DNA of 62,325 bases, the filler included, from Squatina squatina (lineage: Eukaryota), in NCBI GenBank assembly GCA_031763465.1. It is 4 parts of 4 records of this genome, joined end to end, with 100 filler letters (N's around TTAATTAATTAA, not from the genome) between each part and the next. Parts side by side here need not be neighbours in the genome. Positions count along the whole stretch, not along the records: positions 1 to 18,636 come from JARFOE010313528.1; 3 more parts are not named here. One strand, written 5' to 3'. Both the position numbers and the translations under genes were made by a program. Under the pieces are notes generated by a model. That model searched no databases and had not been told where the DNA came from. It saw only the letters and a program-made list of their open reading frames with translations. Shown one piece after another: positions 1 to 12,173 of this stretch (positions are counted from its first letter, which is position 1; every line of letters starts with the position of its first letter).

Positions 1-149
1 ATGCATGGCTGGCCGAGATGTGCAAACGGCATCGCTTTCAGGTAAATGCACCAAAATAAATGTTCATCCAGTACCGAGAGAGAAAAACCATAGAAAAGCC
101 CAGAAGGATGTGCTTCTGCGAGCAGAGAATAGTTTGGGACTAGTGTTGG

Positions 150-1080
150 TGTTGGAACTTCTGGAAGTGGTGTGCAGGGTGGGATTAGAACAAGTGCGAC
201 AGTTAATGGGAGAAAAATCCACGTTGTTAATGGAGGATATGGAATATTCACGGAATAGTTTGGAGGACAGAATGGACTGATTCACTAATGCAGTGACTGC
301 ATTGTGATTGTGTCAGTGCAAACTTCTGTACAATCTGGACTTTCAGCCTAAAGTTGTGCTCTTGTCCATCACTGTGTAATTGTGCAGAATAATCGTTCAT
401 TTGCAACAACGCAACGAATTTTTCTGACTGAAAATCATACCACATTTTTGCAGAACGAATCGGCGCATGGAATTCTTCTTAGTCTAAACGTTGCAGCTAG
501 TGACTCAACTTTCTCACACTTCTCAATCGCAATATTTTGCTCTTTCTCTGCCATGTCCTTCTGATCCCTCATTTCTCTCACAATGACATGTTGTTTTTTA
601 TATTTTTACTCCAAACTGTCACACTCCTTTCTGAGATGCTTTTTGGTATTGGAGTGAACGTGAACCACGTAAAACATTCCTGGTAATACTAGAACCTTGG
701 TTCCATCCTTCCCCGGGATCTGGGCTAACACACTCAGGGTTCTGCATTTCCCATGATATCACCAACTTTCAGAATTATCTCACCACGTTGCGTCGAATAG
801 GCATGTATATATTCGCGCAATTCCTCAATATTCGTCGAATTTACACTGTATGTGTCTATTTGACAAGAGATGGACAGTCACCAGGACTCTGCAGGAGCTT
901 GGACTATCACACAATCATGTTGCAGTCACTGCATTAGTGAATCAGTCCATTCTGCCTGAAGGATTTGCTTATTCCCTGAATCTTTCCTGTCCTCCATTAT
1001 CCACGTGCACTTTATCTGCTGTTAACTCTCGCAACTGTTCCAATCCCACCCTGCACACTGCTTCCAGAAATTCCAACATT
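150..1080. repeat. Diverged inverted repeat pair (arms ~150-330 and ~890-1080) around a ~560-bp spacer
   Basis: 268-301 (CAGAATGGACTGATTCACTAATGCAGTGACTGCA) is the exact reverse complement of 921-954. Looser similarity extends over ~180 bp (GTTGGAA.TTCTGGAAG..GTGTGCAGGGTGGGATT). Confidence 0.85.
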
Positions 1081-1159
1081 CCAGACATTGATGCTCTTAA
1101 ATATTCCTCGTCCTGTTACAACCTCAAATTATGTTGGGTTTCTGGGATAGTCAATTATA

Positions 1160-3135
1160 CATGGAAACATGGAGACATAGAAAATAGGAGCAGGGGTAGG
1201 CATTTTGGCACCTCGAGCCTGCTCTGCCATTCAACATGATGAAGGTTGATCCTTCCTCTCAACACCACTTTGCCGTGCTCCCTCCATCACTAAATGTCTT
1301 TAATATCTGGGAATCTATCCATCTCTGTCTTGACCATCCTCATTGAGTGAGCCTCCACAGCCTTAGTAGGTAGAGAATTCCAAAGATTCACCATCTTTCA
1401 TTGAAACGGTTACGTCTCACCTACATGCTGAATGGCTTACTCCTTACTCTGAGACTGTGACCCCCTGGTTCTGGACTCCTCAGCCACTGGAAACATCCTC
1501 CCTGCATCGAGCCTATCGAACCCTGTAAAATATCTATACGGTTCAATGACGCCGACTCCTTATCTTCTGAACACTAGATTATACCCAATCTGTCCTCTTA
1601 GGACAATCCAGACATCCAAAGACTCAGTCTGGTGAACCTTCGTTACACTCTCTCGCTGGCAAGTACATCATTTCTCAGGTCAGGACATCAAAACTATACA
1701 CAGTAATCCAGATGCGGTCTCACCAATGCCGGAAATAATTGAAGTAAGACATCCTTCCTCCTGTACTCAAATCCTCCTGTAATAAAGGTAAACATATCAT
1801 TCGCCTTCCTAACTGCCTGCTGAACTTGCATGTTAGGTTTCAGTGACTGGAGTATGTGGACTTCCAGATCCATTTGCACATCAATATTTCCTAACATATC
1901 ATCAATTATAAACTACTCTGCCTTTTGTTTTTCCAAACAAAGTGGACAACTTCAAGTTTTTTGACATTATACGGCATCTGTCATGTTTTTGCCCACTCGC
2001 TTAGCATGTCTATAATCGCCTGGAAGCCACTTTACATTTTCCTCACAGCTCACATTCACAACTAGCTCTGTGTCATCAGCAAACATGCTAATGTTATATT
2101 TGGTTGCATCATCTAAATCATTGATACTGATTGTGAATAGCTGGGGCCCAAGCACCGATCCCTGACGCACCCCACCAGTCAATGCCTATCAACCTGAAAC
2201 TAAACCATTTATTCCTACACTCTGTAGCCTGTTTTTTAACCAATCCTTAATCCATGCAAGTAAATTACTCCCAATCCCATGTGTTCTGATTTTGAGCACA
2301 AACCTTTTATGTGGGGCCTGATGGAAAGCGTTCTGGAAATCCAAATACACCACATCCACTTGTTCCCCCGTATCTACTCTGCTATTTAAATCCTCAAATA
2401 ACTCCAGGAAATTGGTCATACATGATTTCCCTTTCAGAAATCCATGTTGGCTCTTTCTCATCCTATTATTGTGATTTAACTGTCATGTTATTGCATTCTC
2501 TATAATCGTCTCCAGCATTTTCCCAACTACTGATATCAGGCTACCGGGTCTGTGATTCCCTGTTTTGTCTCTCCCAGCTTTCATAAATAGTGGGGTTACA
2601 CGTGCAACTCCCCAATCTGCAGGGGCCATTCCAGAATCTATGGAATGTTGGAACATGACAACCAATTCATCCACTATTTCTAGCGCCACCTCTTTCAGGA
2701 CCCTGGGATGTAGATTATCAGGTGGTGGGCACTTATCGAATTCCAGTACCTTTTTTTTAGGGTTAGGGTTACTAATTTCCTTCAGTTCTTCATTCTCACT
2801 AGACCCTTGGTTCTCTGGTATTTAGAGGAGGTTTTATCGTGTCTCCTTCCGTGAAGATAGATCCAAAGTATTCATTCAAATGCTCTGCCAGTTCCCTATT
2901 CACCATTATAAATTCTTCCGTCTCTGCCTGCAAGGGGCTCACACTTGTCTTCACTAATCTTTTCCATTTACACGCATGAAGAAAATGTTACAGTCCATTT
3001 TTATGTAGCTTGCTAGTTCAGTCTCCGAATCTATTTTCCATTTCTACATCAATTACTTGGTTCTCCTTTTCTGAATTCTAAACAGCTCCCAACTGCTTAT
3101 TGTTATTTCTGGCCATTTCATCTGACTCTTCCTGA
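1160..3135 (-). mobile_element. CR1-type LINE, 5'-truncated, decayed ORF2 reverse transcriptase
   Basis: ORF fragments QHGFLKGKSCMTNFLE, VYLDFQNAF, GVRQGSVLGPQLF, FADDTEL and LVRPHLDYCV. 3' tail (ACATAGAAA-like) at ~1160-1185. Confidence 0.95.
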
Positions 3136-3712
3136 TATTTAAACTGAATACAGGTTAGAGGATTCGGAACACTGATTATTATTTTTAACTTCACAAATAA
3201 TCCATTCACCTTTTACTTGCCCTGTCCATTGGACTGCTACCCAAAAGTATTCATGTGCAACAGACTCATCTGGTTTTGTTCGCATGTGGCGTTGCCTGCT
3301 TGCGTGAGTTTAAGTTGTTATTGGCAAAAGGTGTTTGACTGACTTGAATGAGTTTGTTGACAATGTTTATGAAGGTAATGCATTTGCTGTTGAGCTTAAG
3401 GACTTTCAAATGGCGTTTGATGAAGTCAAAAGTGCTGACAAATGCATGATAAGCCCGATTGCCTGATTCAGTGCTATATGATTACATGAATGGAATATTG
3501 GGTGTTGTAAGAGTATGGTCATGACAGCTCATGCTACCTCAGTCAAAGGCACAGAAGGATTTTGGTGTGTTGTATAACTTATCAGTTTTATTATATCTAC
3601 ATAATGTGATGCTATTATGTCAATGTGTGCTATGTCTGTTCAATACGTGAATGCTTCAGAATTCAATGAAATAGAACTGAGTTCACTTGGGGAAATTCTT
3701 AAATTCTTCTTA

Positions 3713-4596
3713 TCATTTAATAAATTTAACAATTCGAACAAATGGAAATTTCATCGGATTCTTCAACTGCTCGCTGAACTTACTCTGGGTCACAGCATAA
3801 ATACAAGTGTTAGTGCTGCCACTCAGGAGCTGGTGCATGAATCCTATTTTTTGTAGAAAAGAAGGGAGAAATATTGTATCATATCCTAAAAGTGACATCC
3901 GATTCCATATAGAAAACAAGGTAAACACCGCCCATTACAGAATGAAATTCCCCGAGATAACAAGCAGTAAGATTATGGATTTCCTTCATCGGCTGATCTC
4001 TGTCACTGAGAGTCTCCTCACTGCTGTGACTCCGGAGTCTACTGCGAGCTCTGCTGGCCAGCAAAATATGTCTGATAGTTAAAGCATTGAGCAGGAGAAT
4101 CAGGACAAATGGGATGCACGGTGTTACATTAAAATAAAGAAACTCAATTGCTGCTCACAAATCAGAAACCATAACAAAAACATTCACATAACAGAACCAG
4201 GGTGTATTGCTCAACCTGTACCAAGGTACATACATAAAGTGACAAAAATATTATTCAAACATCTCAGCACCGTCACTGTCCCGAGAAACCCAGCTGCAGT
4301 TTTCTCAGTGCAATATTTATTTTTCAACTTCAGACAGCAAATTGCCATAAATCGATCAATGGTGAAAGCGACGGTGAACCAGACAGAACAGTCTGTGAAT
4401 ACATAAAGCAGGACAGCGTGGAGATTACACTCGGGGATGACCACACATATCGTAGATGATAAGCAATAGGAATCTGCCGAAATATCGCTGATAATCACCA
4501 GTAGATCCGGCGCTGTCATGGCCACCAGGAAGCTAGTGACACGTTGGGGGAGACCGCAATTTCCCCGAGACAAGATCAAAATCGCCACTATGTTAA
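3713..4596 (-). pseudogene. GPR139-like class A GPCR pseudogene, exon 2 (TM1 end to C-terminus)
   Basis: Acceptor TTCCCTTCCTCACAG| then VNIVAILILSRGNCGL, LVAMTAPDLLVII, DCSVWFTVAFTIDRFMAICC, KYCTEKTAA, LLNALTIRHILLASRAR and LLSGSTNTCIYAVTQSKF. These lie in different frames, with a premature stop at 4211. Confidence 0.88.
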
Positions 4597-5202
4597 CTGT
4601 GAGGAAGGGAAATTAACAGACAGATTAACACAACGGGATGAGAGTGAAATGAGCCAGATGATGGAGTTGAGGTGAAATTTCAGCATCTGTCTCTTCTTTC
4701 AGTGATGCAGTTTAATAATATCCCTGAGAAAGGGCTTTTGATGCAGACACGATTTACAATGAAAGCTGTATAACTCACTAATCAATTCATGGATTGTGAA
4801 CTGAAACCGGGAATGGAACTTTGTAATAAAAGAGGAAAGTGCGATCGAGAATAAGCATCATGAGATCAATAAAGATGTGAAATTAGCTCTTCTGTTGCAA
4901 TTTGTTCAATCTTTGCCCAGGGTTGCAGGAATCCTGGAAACTTGGACAGTCGAGGATTCCGGTCCGAGCCTGTTCTCAATCTGCTTTTAACGTGGGACAA
5001 ACGGAATTTGCCAGAAATTTCTGTGAGGGTTCAGCTTAGTTTCAAATGAACCAGCATATTGTGTAGGGCAATCGGGAGAGTCACAGCCATTATAGGAGTG
5101 CGTCCAGGGCGAGTGAGTCAGTGAAAAGGGGAGAGAGTCAATAACTGGTGAAAGTGAGTCATTTCCTGCACAGAGTGAGTCAGTGATCGAGGACAGTGAG
5201 TT

Positions 5203-5290
5203 GAAACATAGAAACATAGAAAAAAAGGTGCAGTATAGGCCATTCGGCCCTTCGAGCCTGCACCGCCATTCAGTATGATAATGGCTGATC
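5203..5290 (-). mobile_element. Short CR1 3'-end fragment in the GPCR intron
   Basis: GAAACATAGAAACATAGAA...GGCCATTCGGCCCTTCGAGCCTGCACCGCCATTCA matches the CR1 tails at 17952 and 47050. Confidence 0.85.
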
Positions 5291-5984
5291 AGTAATGAGC
5301 AGAGAGAGCGAGTCTTTTATCCTTGTTATAGAATCTGGAAGATTATGATCACAATAAGCCCGAGGAACAAGATTGCGGATATTGGGTGAGTCTCGGTCAA
5401 AATGGTCTTTGATCCCCACTATGAAGAATGAAAGTCTCTGTGGGATCAGGGCCCCGAGAGAGTGGCTGTCTGAGGTGAGAAATGGACAACTATTTGACAT
5501 TTTAATAAGATTAATAAAGACGACACAAAACAGAACAATGTTTCCACTTTGGCTGAACTCCGAAATGTTACATCCACTGCAATTAACACGTTATTGAAAA
5601 TATTTTTGAAGTACTTTCCAGTCACAAATCTAAAATTAGTTCAAAAAACCTTGATTTGAAATTGTTCAGTAATATGATCAGCCATGCTTTGGGAAGGGCC
5701 CGCACTGAAAACAGTGAGTATTCCTTCTCTCCGCTGAAGCTCGGTCCATTTATAACAATTTATGTTGCTGTAAAGTGTATAACATCGAACCATTGGGCCA
5801 TTATCCATCCCGGATTAATGTAAAGGTGATCAGGTGTGGTGTATAACCGGCTTACATTTCGATTTGCTCTTTTACAACATCGCCCAAAATGCAAACTGTC
5901 CATTGCTGTGTGACTGGAGATTTTTCTGATTGTGCTTAATATGACATCAATTAAATTAGTCACTTTGGCTTTCCGAAAATCGCT

Positions 5985-6240
5985 GCATCCAACTAAATCA
6001 ACACTAACCTGGATTTCTGCATCTGTCGGTGAGATTTAATCACGTATGTGAACAACACTCCATCAGCATTTACCTGGAAGTCTATAGGTTTTGGTGAGAT
6101 TTAATTCAGTATCTGAACCCAAATCAATCTGCGCTAAAATGGAGTTATGTATCTGTCAGTGAGATTTAATTTAGTACCTGACCCCTACTCAATCAGTGCT
6201 AACAAGGAGTTCTGTAGGTGATGGTGGGATTTCATGTGCA
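5985..6240. repeat. Degenerate 65-bp tandem repeat, ~4 copies
   Basis: GTGAGATTTAA recurs at 6029, 6094 and 6159, and GTGGGATTTCA at 6224. Confidence 0.75.
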
Positions 6241-6800
6241 CTCCAATTGATTCAGGAAATTTGCATCAATAAACTGACCTCACGGATCATTGTTCTTAGT
6301 GACAATCAACAAGAATAATTTACATAGAGTTAGAGCAGTATATTGAAGACTGTTAGAAACGGTTTCAAGGAGAGATTCTACTGAGGTTTAGTTTATGGGC
6401 CCGGAGTGAAAGGACTTGTTTCAGTCACATATACATCATGGAAACAGATGGACACATCTGCTCAAAAGGATGCAAGTGCTCAATGCAGACCCAGACTCAA
6501 AATTCTTTTCAGAGCATCATCCAGTCACATTGTTTTTGTAGGAAATTTACAGAATATCCGTATAGCTAGCAGATGTGTACACATGGAGAATATAGTAAAA
6601 GGGGAGAATTCCTTCCCATTGCAGTCAGACCAGTGAACGGGTGAATTCGACCCAATCACCATGAGAACCATCGGAACATTATCAAACCCACAGTTACAGT
6701 GAAGGGCCGAGTTCAAGTAAATATCGTGGCCTGGATGAGAAACTAGAGGTACACTGCTAAGCATGATGTACAACATGTATTGGTGGATATATTGACTTAC

Positions 6801-6885
6801 CAGGCAGTCCGACAGCAGCGAAAATTGGGTAGTATATTTTTTCTATCGTACAAAAGACCTAAAATATGCGAAGCTCAAGAAACAT
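6801..6885 (-). pseudogene. GPR139-like GPCR pseudogene, coding exon 1
   Basis: Reads MFLELRIF*VFCTIEKIYYPIFAAVGLP followed by G|GTAAGT. The phase-1 donor joins exon 2 as G+TT (Val). In-frame TAG at 6859-6861. The start ATG is inferred. Confidence 0.82.
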
Positions 6886-7542
6886 TGCTCTCCTCTCGGT
6901 GGAGCCTCTGATTCCTGTTGGTGCCGGGGGTGATGCTCTCACTGACAGTGTGGTGCAACACATTGAACTGATTCCTGTATTAATAGAAGGGACAAACTCT
7001 AGAGCGACAGAATTAGTGTCCGTGGAGAGTGACGTGAATGCCAATCACTGAGCAAACACATTCAGTTCATCCCTGTAGACTGACGTGAATTAAAGTCACT
7101 GTACAAACACATTCAGTTAACCCCTTTCAAATCAAAACTCCTTACACCATTAAATATGTATAAGGAAATGTAACATGGCTGTACAGTCGAACTGCCCACA
7201 GACCTGAGAGGTATTTCAATACGGTTGGGTAAGGACAAACAATGTGAAACCTAGTGTCGGAGCACAAAGGTTGACACCATGATTTCTTGAAACTTGTCAT
7301 CCCCGTCGTGTCTCTCCTCTCATTTTCTCGATCACAATAAAAAGGACATTTCTGACAATATCAGTAATCCCTCCCCATCCACATCCCCCATTGATTTCCA
7401 TCCCTTCTTCTTACTGCGACCACACATCTGAATTAATCACTCCCAAAGTCAATTCCGACCGTCAAGGCCAGTCTGGTCCATTTTCACAAGATATTTCAAC
7501 AGATCTGGTCGTGCACTGCCAATTCCTCGCCTACATATTTGA

Positions 7543-9490
7543 TGTCAAGGAAAATATTAAAACCAGAGGAATGATATAATGTTGCCAGAAAATACCAGCA
7601 AGCCTGAGGTTTGGATAAGGGTTCGGTTTAGGGTTCAGCAAAGAAGGACAAAGAGATTCATTAAGCTAGGAATACAAAAACAGATTGCAAATGCTTCTTC
7701 AAATATGTAAAGATTAAAAGATTAGTGAGCAGAAATGTTGGTCCCTTACAGTCAGAAAAGGAGTAATATAAAATGAGGAACAAAAAAAATGTTGGAGCAA
7801 TTAAACACATACATTGAATCTGTCTTCACAAAGGAGGACATAAGTTACCGCCCAGAAATGTTAAGGAACCAAGGGCTTAATGAGAGCGAGGAACTGAAGG
7901 AAATCAGTATTAGTAGAAAAACAGAGCTGGGGAAAATAATGGGACTGAAAATCAACAAATACCCCGGGCCTGATAATCTACATCCCAGAGTACTAAACGA
8001 GCTGGCCATGGAAAGGGTGGGTGCATTGGTGGTCATCATGCAGAATTCTACAGACTCTGGATTGGTTTCTGGTGAGTGGCTCATATAACCACACTATTTT
8101 TAAAAAGGAGGGAGAGAGAAAATCGGGAATTTCACATCTGTTATTCTGAAATCAGTAGTGGGGAAAATGCTAGATTCTATCAAAGAGCACGTGATAACAG
8201 ACCACTTGCAAAGCATCAATGGGATTGGAAATAGTCAGCATGGATTTATGAACTGGAAGTCATGTTGACAAACCTACTGGAGTTTTTTTGACGAAGTAAC
8301 TTGTGGATTGGATAAGAGAGAACCAGTGGCTGTGATGCATTTTGATTTTAAGATGGCTTTTGATGAGGTCCCACGTAACAGGTTAGTAAGCAAAATTAAA
8401 GCAGAGGGGATTGGGAGTAATATACTGGCATCGATTGATAGCTGGTTGACGGACAGGAAACAGAGTAGGAATAAAGGGTTATTTTCGTGTGGCGGGTGGT
8501 GACTAGTGCAGGATTCGGTGCTTTTGACCCAGCTGTTCACAATATATATTTATGGCTTGGATAGGGGAAACTAATGTAGTATGTATAAATTTGTAGATGA
8601 CACAAAATTAGGGGGAAGGTGCGTTGTGAGAAGGAAGCAAAAAGGCTTCAATGCGATCTAGACAAGTTGAGTTAGTCGGCTATTACATGGCAGTTGCAGT
8701 ATAACGTGCATAAATGTGAGGTTATCAATATTGATTGCAAAAAGAGAAAGGCAGATTATTATCTCAATGGTGATAGATTGGGAAATGGGAAGGTGCAAGG
8801 AGACCACGGTGTCTTTGGACAGCAGTCACTAAAAGAAAACATACAGGTGCACCAAGCTGATAGGAAGGCAAATGCTATGTTGGCCTTCATTGCGAGAGGA
8901 TTTCAGTACAGGAGAAAGGACAAGTTACTGCAATTATATGGAGCCTTGGTGTGGCCACACCTGGACTTTTGTGTGTAGTTTTGGTCCCCTTATCTGAGGA
9001 AGGATATTCTTGCATTAAGGTTCACCAGCCTGATTCCTGGCATGACAGAACTGACGTAAGAGGAGAGATTAGGGCGATAAGACCTGTATTCACTAGAGTT
9101 GATATGAATGAGAGGGTACCTCATTGAACGTTATACAATTCTGACAGGACTCTACAGCATGCCACTGACTAGGGAGCCTAGCAGAGGTAAAAAAAACTTC
9201 AGGATACGGGGCATGCTATTTATGACTGTGATGAGGAGAAATTTGTTCACTCAAAGAGCGGTGAACCTTTGACTCCTTACCACAAAGGCCTTGGCGGCCA
9301 AGTCACTAAATATATTTCAGAAAGAAGTGGGTATATTTCGTGACACTAAAGGGATTAAGGGACATGTGGAGAAAGCGAGACCATGGTATTGAGTTAAATG
9401 ATCAGCCATGATCATACTGAATGGTGGAGGTGGCCCGAAAGTAAATGGCCTACTCCTGCTCCGATGTTCTGTGTTTCTATGTTTCTATGT
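7543..9490 (+). mobile_element. CR1-type LINE, 5'-truncated, decayed ORF2
   Basis: ESVFTKED, PGPDNLHPRVL, DFKMAFDEVP and LYGALVWPHLDFCV. 3' tail TTTCTATGTTTCTATGT at ~9475-9490. Confidence 0.95.
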
Positions 9491-12173
9491 CCTTGTTCCC
9501 AGCAAAACGCTTACCCATTCCTAAAATAGCTGTTTCCCTATCTATGCATCTGATTCTAGCTGCCGTAGATCCAATGTAAATATTTGAACCTATCTGACCA
9601 ACAACTGTTTTTGCCATTCACCACAAATTCTGTCTCGCCTCCTCAAGCCCTCTCCAGTCCTGCTTCCCTTTGACATAATTGTGCCAGTATTGTGGAATGT
9701 AGCCCGAGGCTTCTTTTTTTTTTAACTGACGACCATATCGTTAAATAGCTCTGCCCAGTGCCTTCAACACACACCTCCAACAACTCCAAGAAACTGGGGG
9801 ATATTTGTTCAGTGATAATGAAAGTATCTATTCACATTCTTTTGCCCCTTCTCCTTCCCCAACTCCAACATGGAAAACTCCCCCCTCCCGCGCTCTAACT
9901 CCGAATTATAATATTTCTCTAGATTCCCTCATATACCCTCTGATGCCCTTCCAGATCTCATGGTATCCAAGAGACAAACTTGCTTCGTTTTGAAACTATT
10001 CCCAACATACTGTGACATTACAAGTTCACTTCCTGCTCCGTATTTTAACTATCCATTTCAAGAAAAGACCCACCATCACCACGACGATTTCCCGGTTGAA
10101 GGGAAAGCCTCCTTCAGCTCAAGTCCCTCCCACTTAAAGGATGGGCCCAGCATTAAGTTAAGGCCTGCCAGTTTAAAGAGAAAGCCCGTAAGCTCCCCCA
10201 CAGTTAAAAAGAAGTTTCCTGTCACCTCAAGGCACGCCCTGTTAAGGAGAACGCCCTGCATCACCTCAAGGCCCGCCTTTTCAAAGGGAACGCTCACATT
10301 AAACTCAAGGAATGCCCGGTGTTAGCCTTTTTGGGACTGTCTATTCAGTCGTTTAACATTGGCATTTTATACGTTATCGTTATATGGCTTCATTTGGCAT
10401 AATAAAGAATTAATACATTACAGTCTTCAGGCAGTAGTCAATGTAGTGAATTTGAGTATTTTTAACAGTTCAGTCCATTAGGTGGAAGACAACACTCAAT
10501 CCCCATAATTGCGAATTACTAACACATGTTGACCTGTCTGTTAACCTCCGTGGATCTTCGACACTGAGTGAGAAACAAAGCCTCTTGGGCAGACCCCAGA
10601 AACGGAACTGTTGAAAAATCCATCCAACCAGAGCAATTGGCCGCGGGCCTGCCAAGTCTGTCTTTCTCCACTAGCTTTTCCTGTTTCCTGTTCCTACATT
10701 TGATGATGAACTCTGTGGATGTTGAAGGCAACAAGAGTTCCAACTGCAAATAAAACATAGGTCCAACATGATTATGTCCCCTAATTTTCAAAACGGAGAA
10801 AGAAAACTAAAGTTATAAAACTGTAGGCGAGCAAAAATAAGACTACTCTGCAATGTAGATAAAGGTAATGCTGAAGAATTGTAACAGGGTATTACAATTG
10901 ATTATACTTCACAATAACAGAAGTTCACAGTGGACCTATCCACGATCAATTAGAGATATGAGAGAACTATATATATATAGCTTCAATTCTCAAACTGTTT
11001 CCCCCTCCCTTCCAGCAATAATAAGAATGAGCGTGGCCGTCAATCGTGTTCCACTTTCCAAAAGTCAGCCTGAGTGTGCAAATGCCATCCTATTTTGCAG
11101 AAAAGCAGTTCTAGCCAATTGATACCCTATTCTGAAACAAGTATATATAGACGATGAACATTTGGTATAATCTCATATGTCTAAAGGTCCTGTTTTTTTT
11201 AATGTAATTGTTGATTTTGATGCTGCAAGAAATGATGAAATGTTTAAAATTTGCTCATTCCAAGGACGCTTTAAGGTTTCAAGTGTCAGGGCACATTTTA
11301 GCTGACTGTGCTGTTTAGCTTTTGCTGAATTTGAGGCTGTGCGATTTGCTTCTGGCGACTTATTTTTAGGCCACTCTGTGACACGAAATTGTCAAGGAAG
11401 TCTTGAGATAGGAGGTGCGACCATGGAGCTCAGCATGATTCGTTATCGTCCTAAATGTTACACAAGTAGATATGAGGAGTTTTGAGTAGATAACAAATTT
11501 CAGGATGTCTTTTCACAATATCACTTGCCATGCTGAAATGAATCAGCAAGGGCAATATACGTGAAAGGAGGCCGAGAATGATATTTAGCTCTCTTAACCA
11601 GTCGCAGAGAGGGTGAACATTGATAGTATGGACAAAGGTTACAAGCCTATCCAGTGAAAGTCTGATAACATTGTTTATTTCTCTCTATATCTACTGTTGA
11701 TCACACTTCAGCAAGTAACAAAAGTTACTGTGGGCCTCGACTTGGTCAAAAACAATTAACATATATTTTGTTGAAAGCATATTTGGTGTTCGATAATAGC
11801 GGCTTACATACTTGGTGACCTCGGCGGGGTCGAACCAGAAACTGACCTCATTGTTTGATACCAAGTGCCTTGGGACAATCAGCAATTGTGAAGTCGATTT
11901 CGTTCTGGTGGGTAATTGTGTCGGTGGGTATCTGGGTTTATCTCTACAGAATTTCGAGTAATCATGGCAACTGTCAGGGAAGTTCTTCAAAAGAGGTTTA
12001 TTGATATAGCTGGGAGTGAGAGGCTGGTCATCGTAATGACAAACAGGATGAGCAAAATGTGATGGTGAAGACACATAGAGATGGCATGGTGAATAGAAAA
12101 AGATCAGAGTAAAAGCAGCGAAACATTTTCTAAGATAGAGGGCTCACTATTGCACACAGGTAAGTGAAAATAA

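Noticed and set aside
700-830. Firm SH3-domain call for the inverted-repeat spacer
   Set aside because: The resemblance needs a frameshift and lacks the C-terminal GxxPxNY motif, so it is kept only as a hypothesis.
11691-12074. 127-aa minus-strand ORF as a gene
   Set aside because: It has no recognisable motif and lies in the same codon register as the + strand fossil frame, so it is better explained as an antisense shadow.
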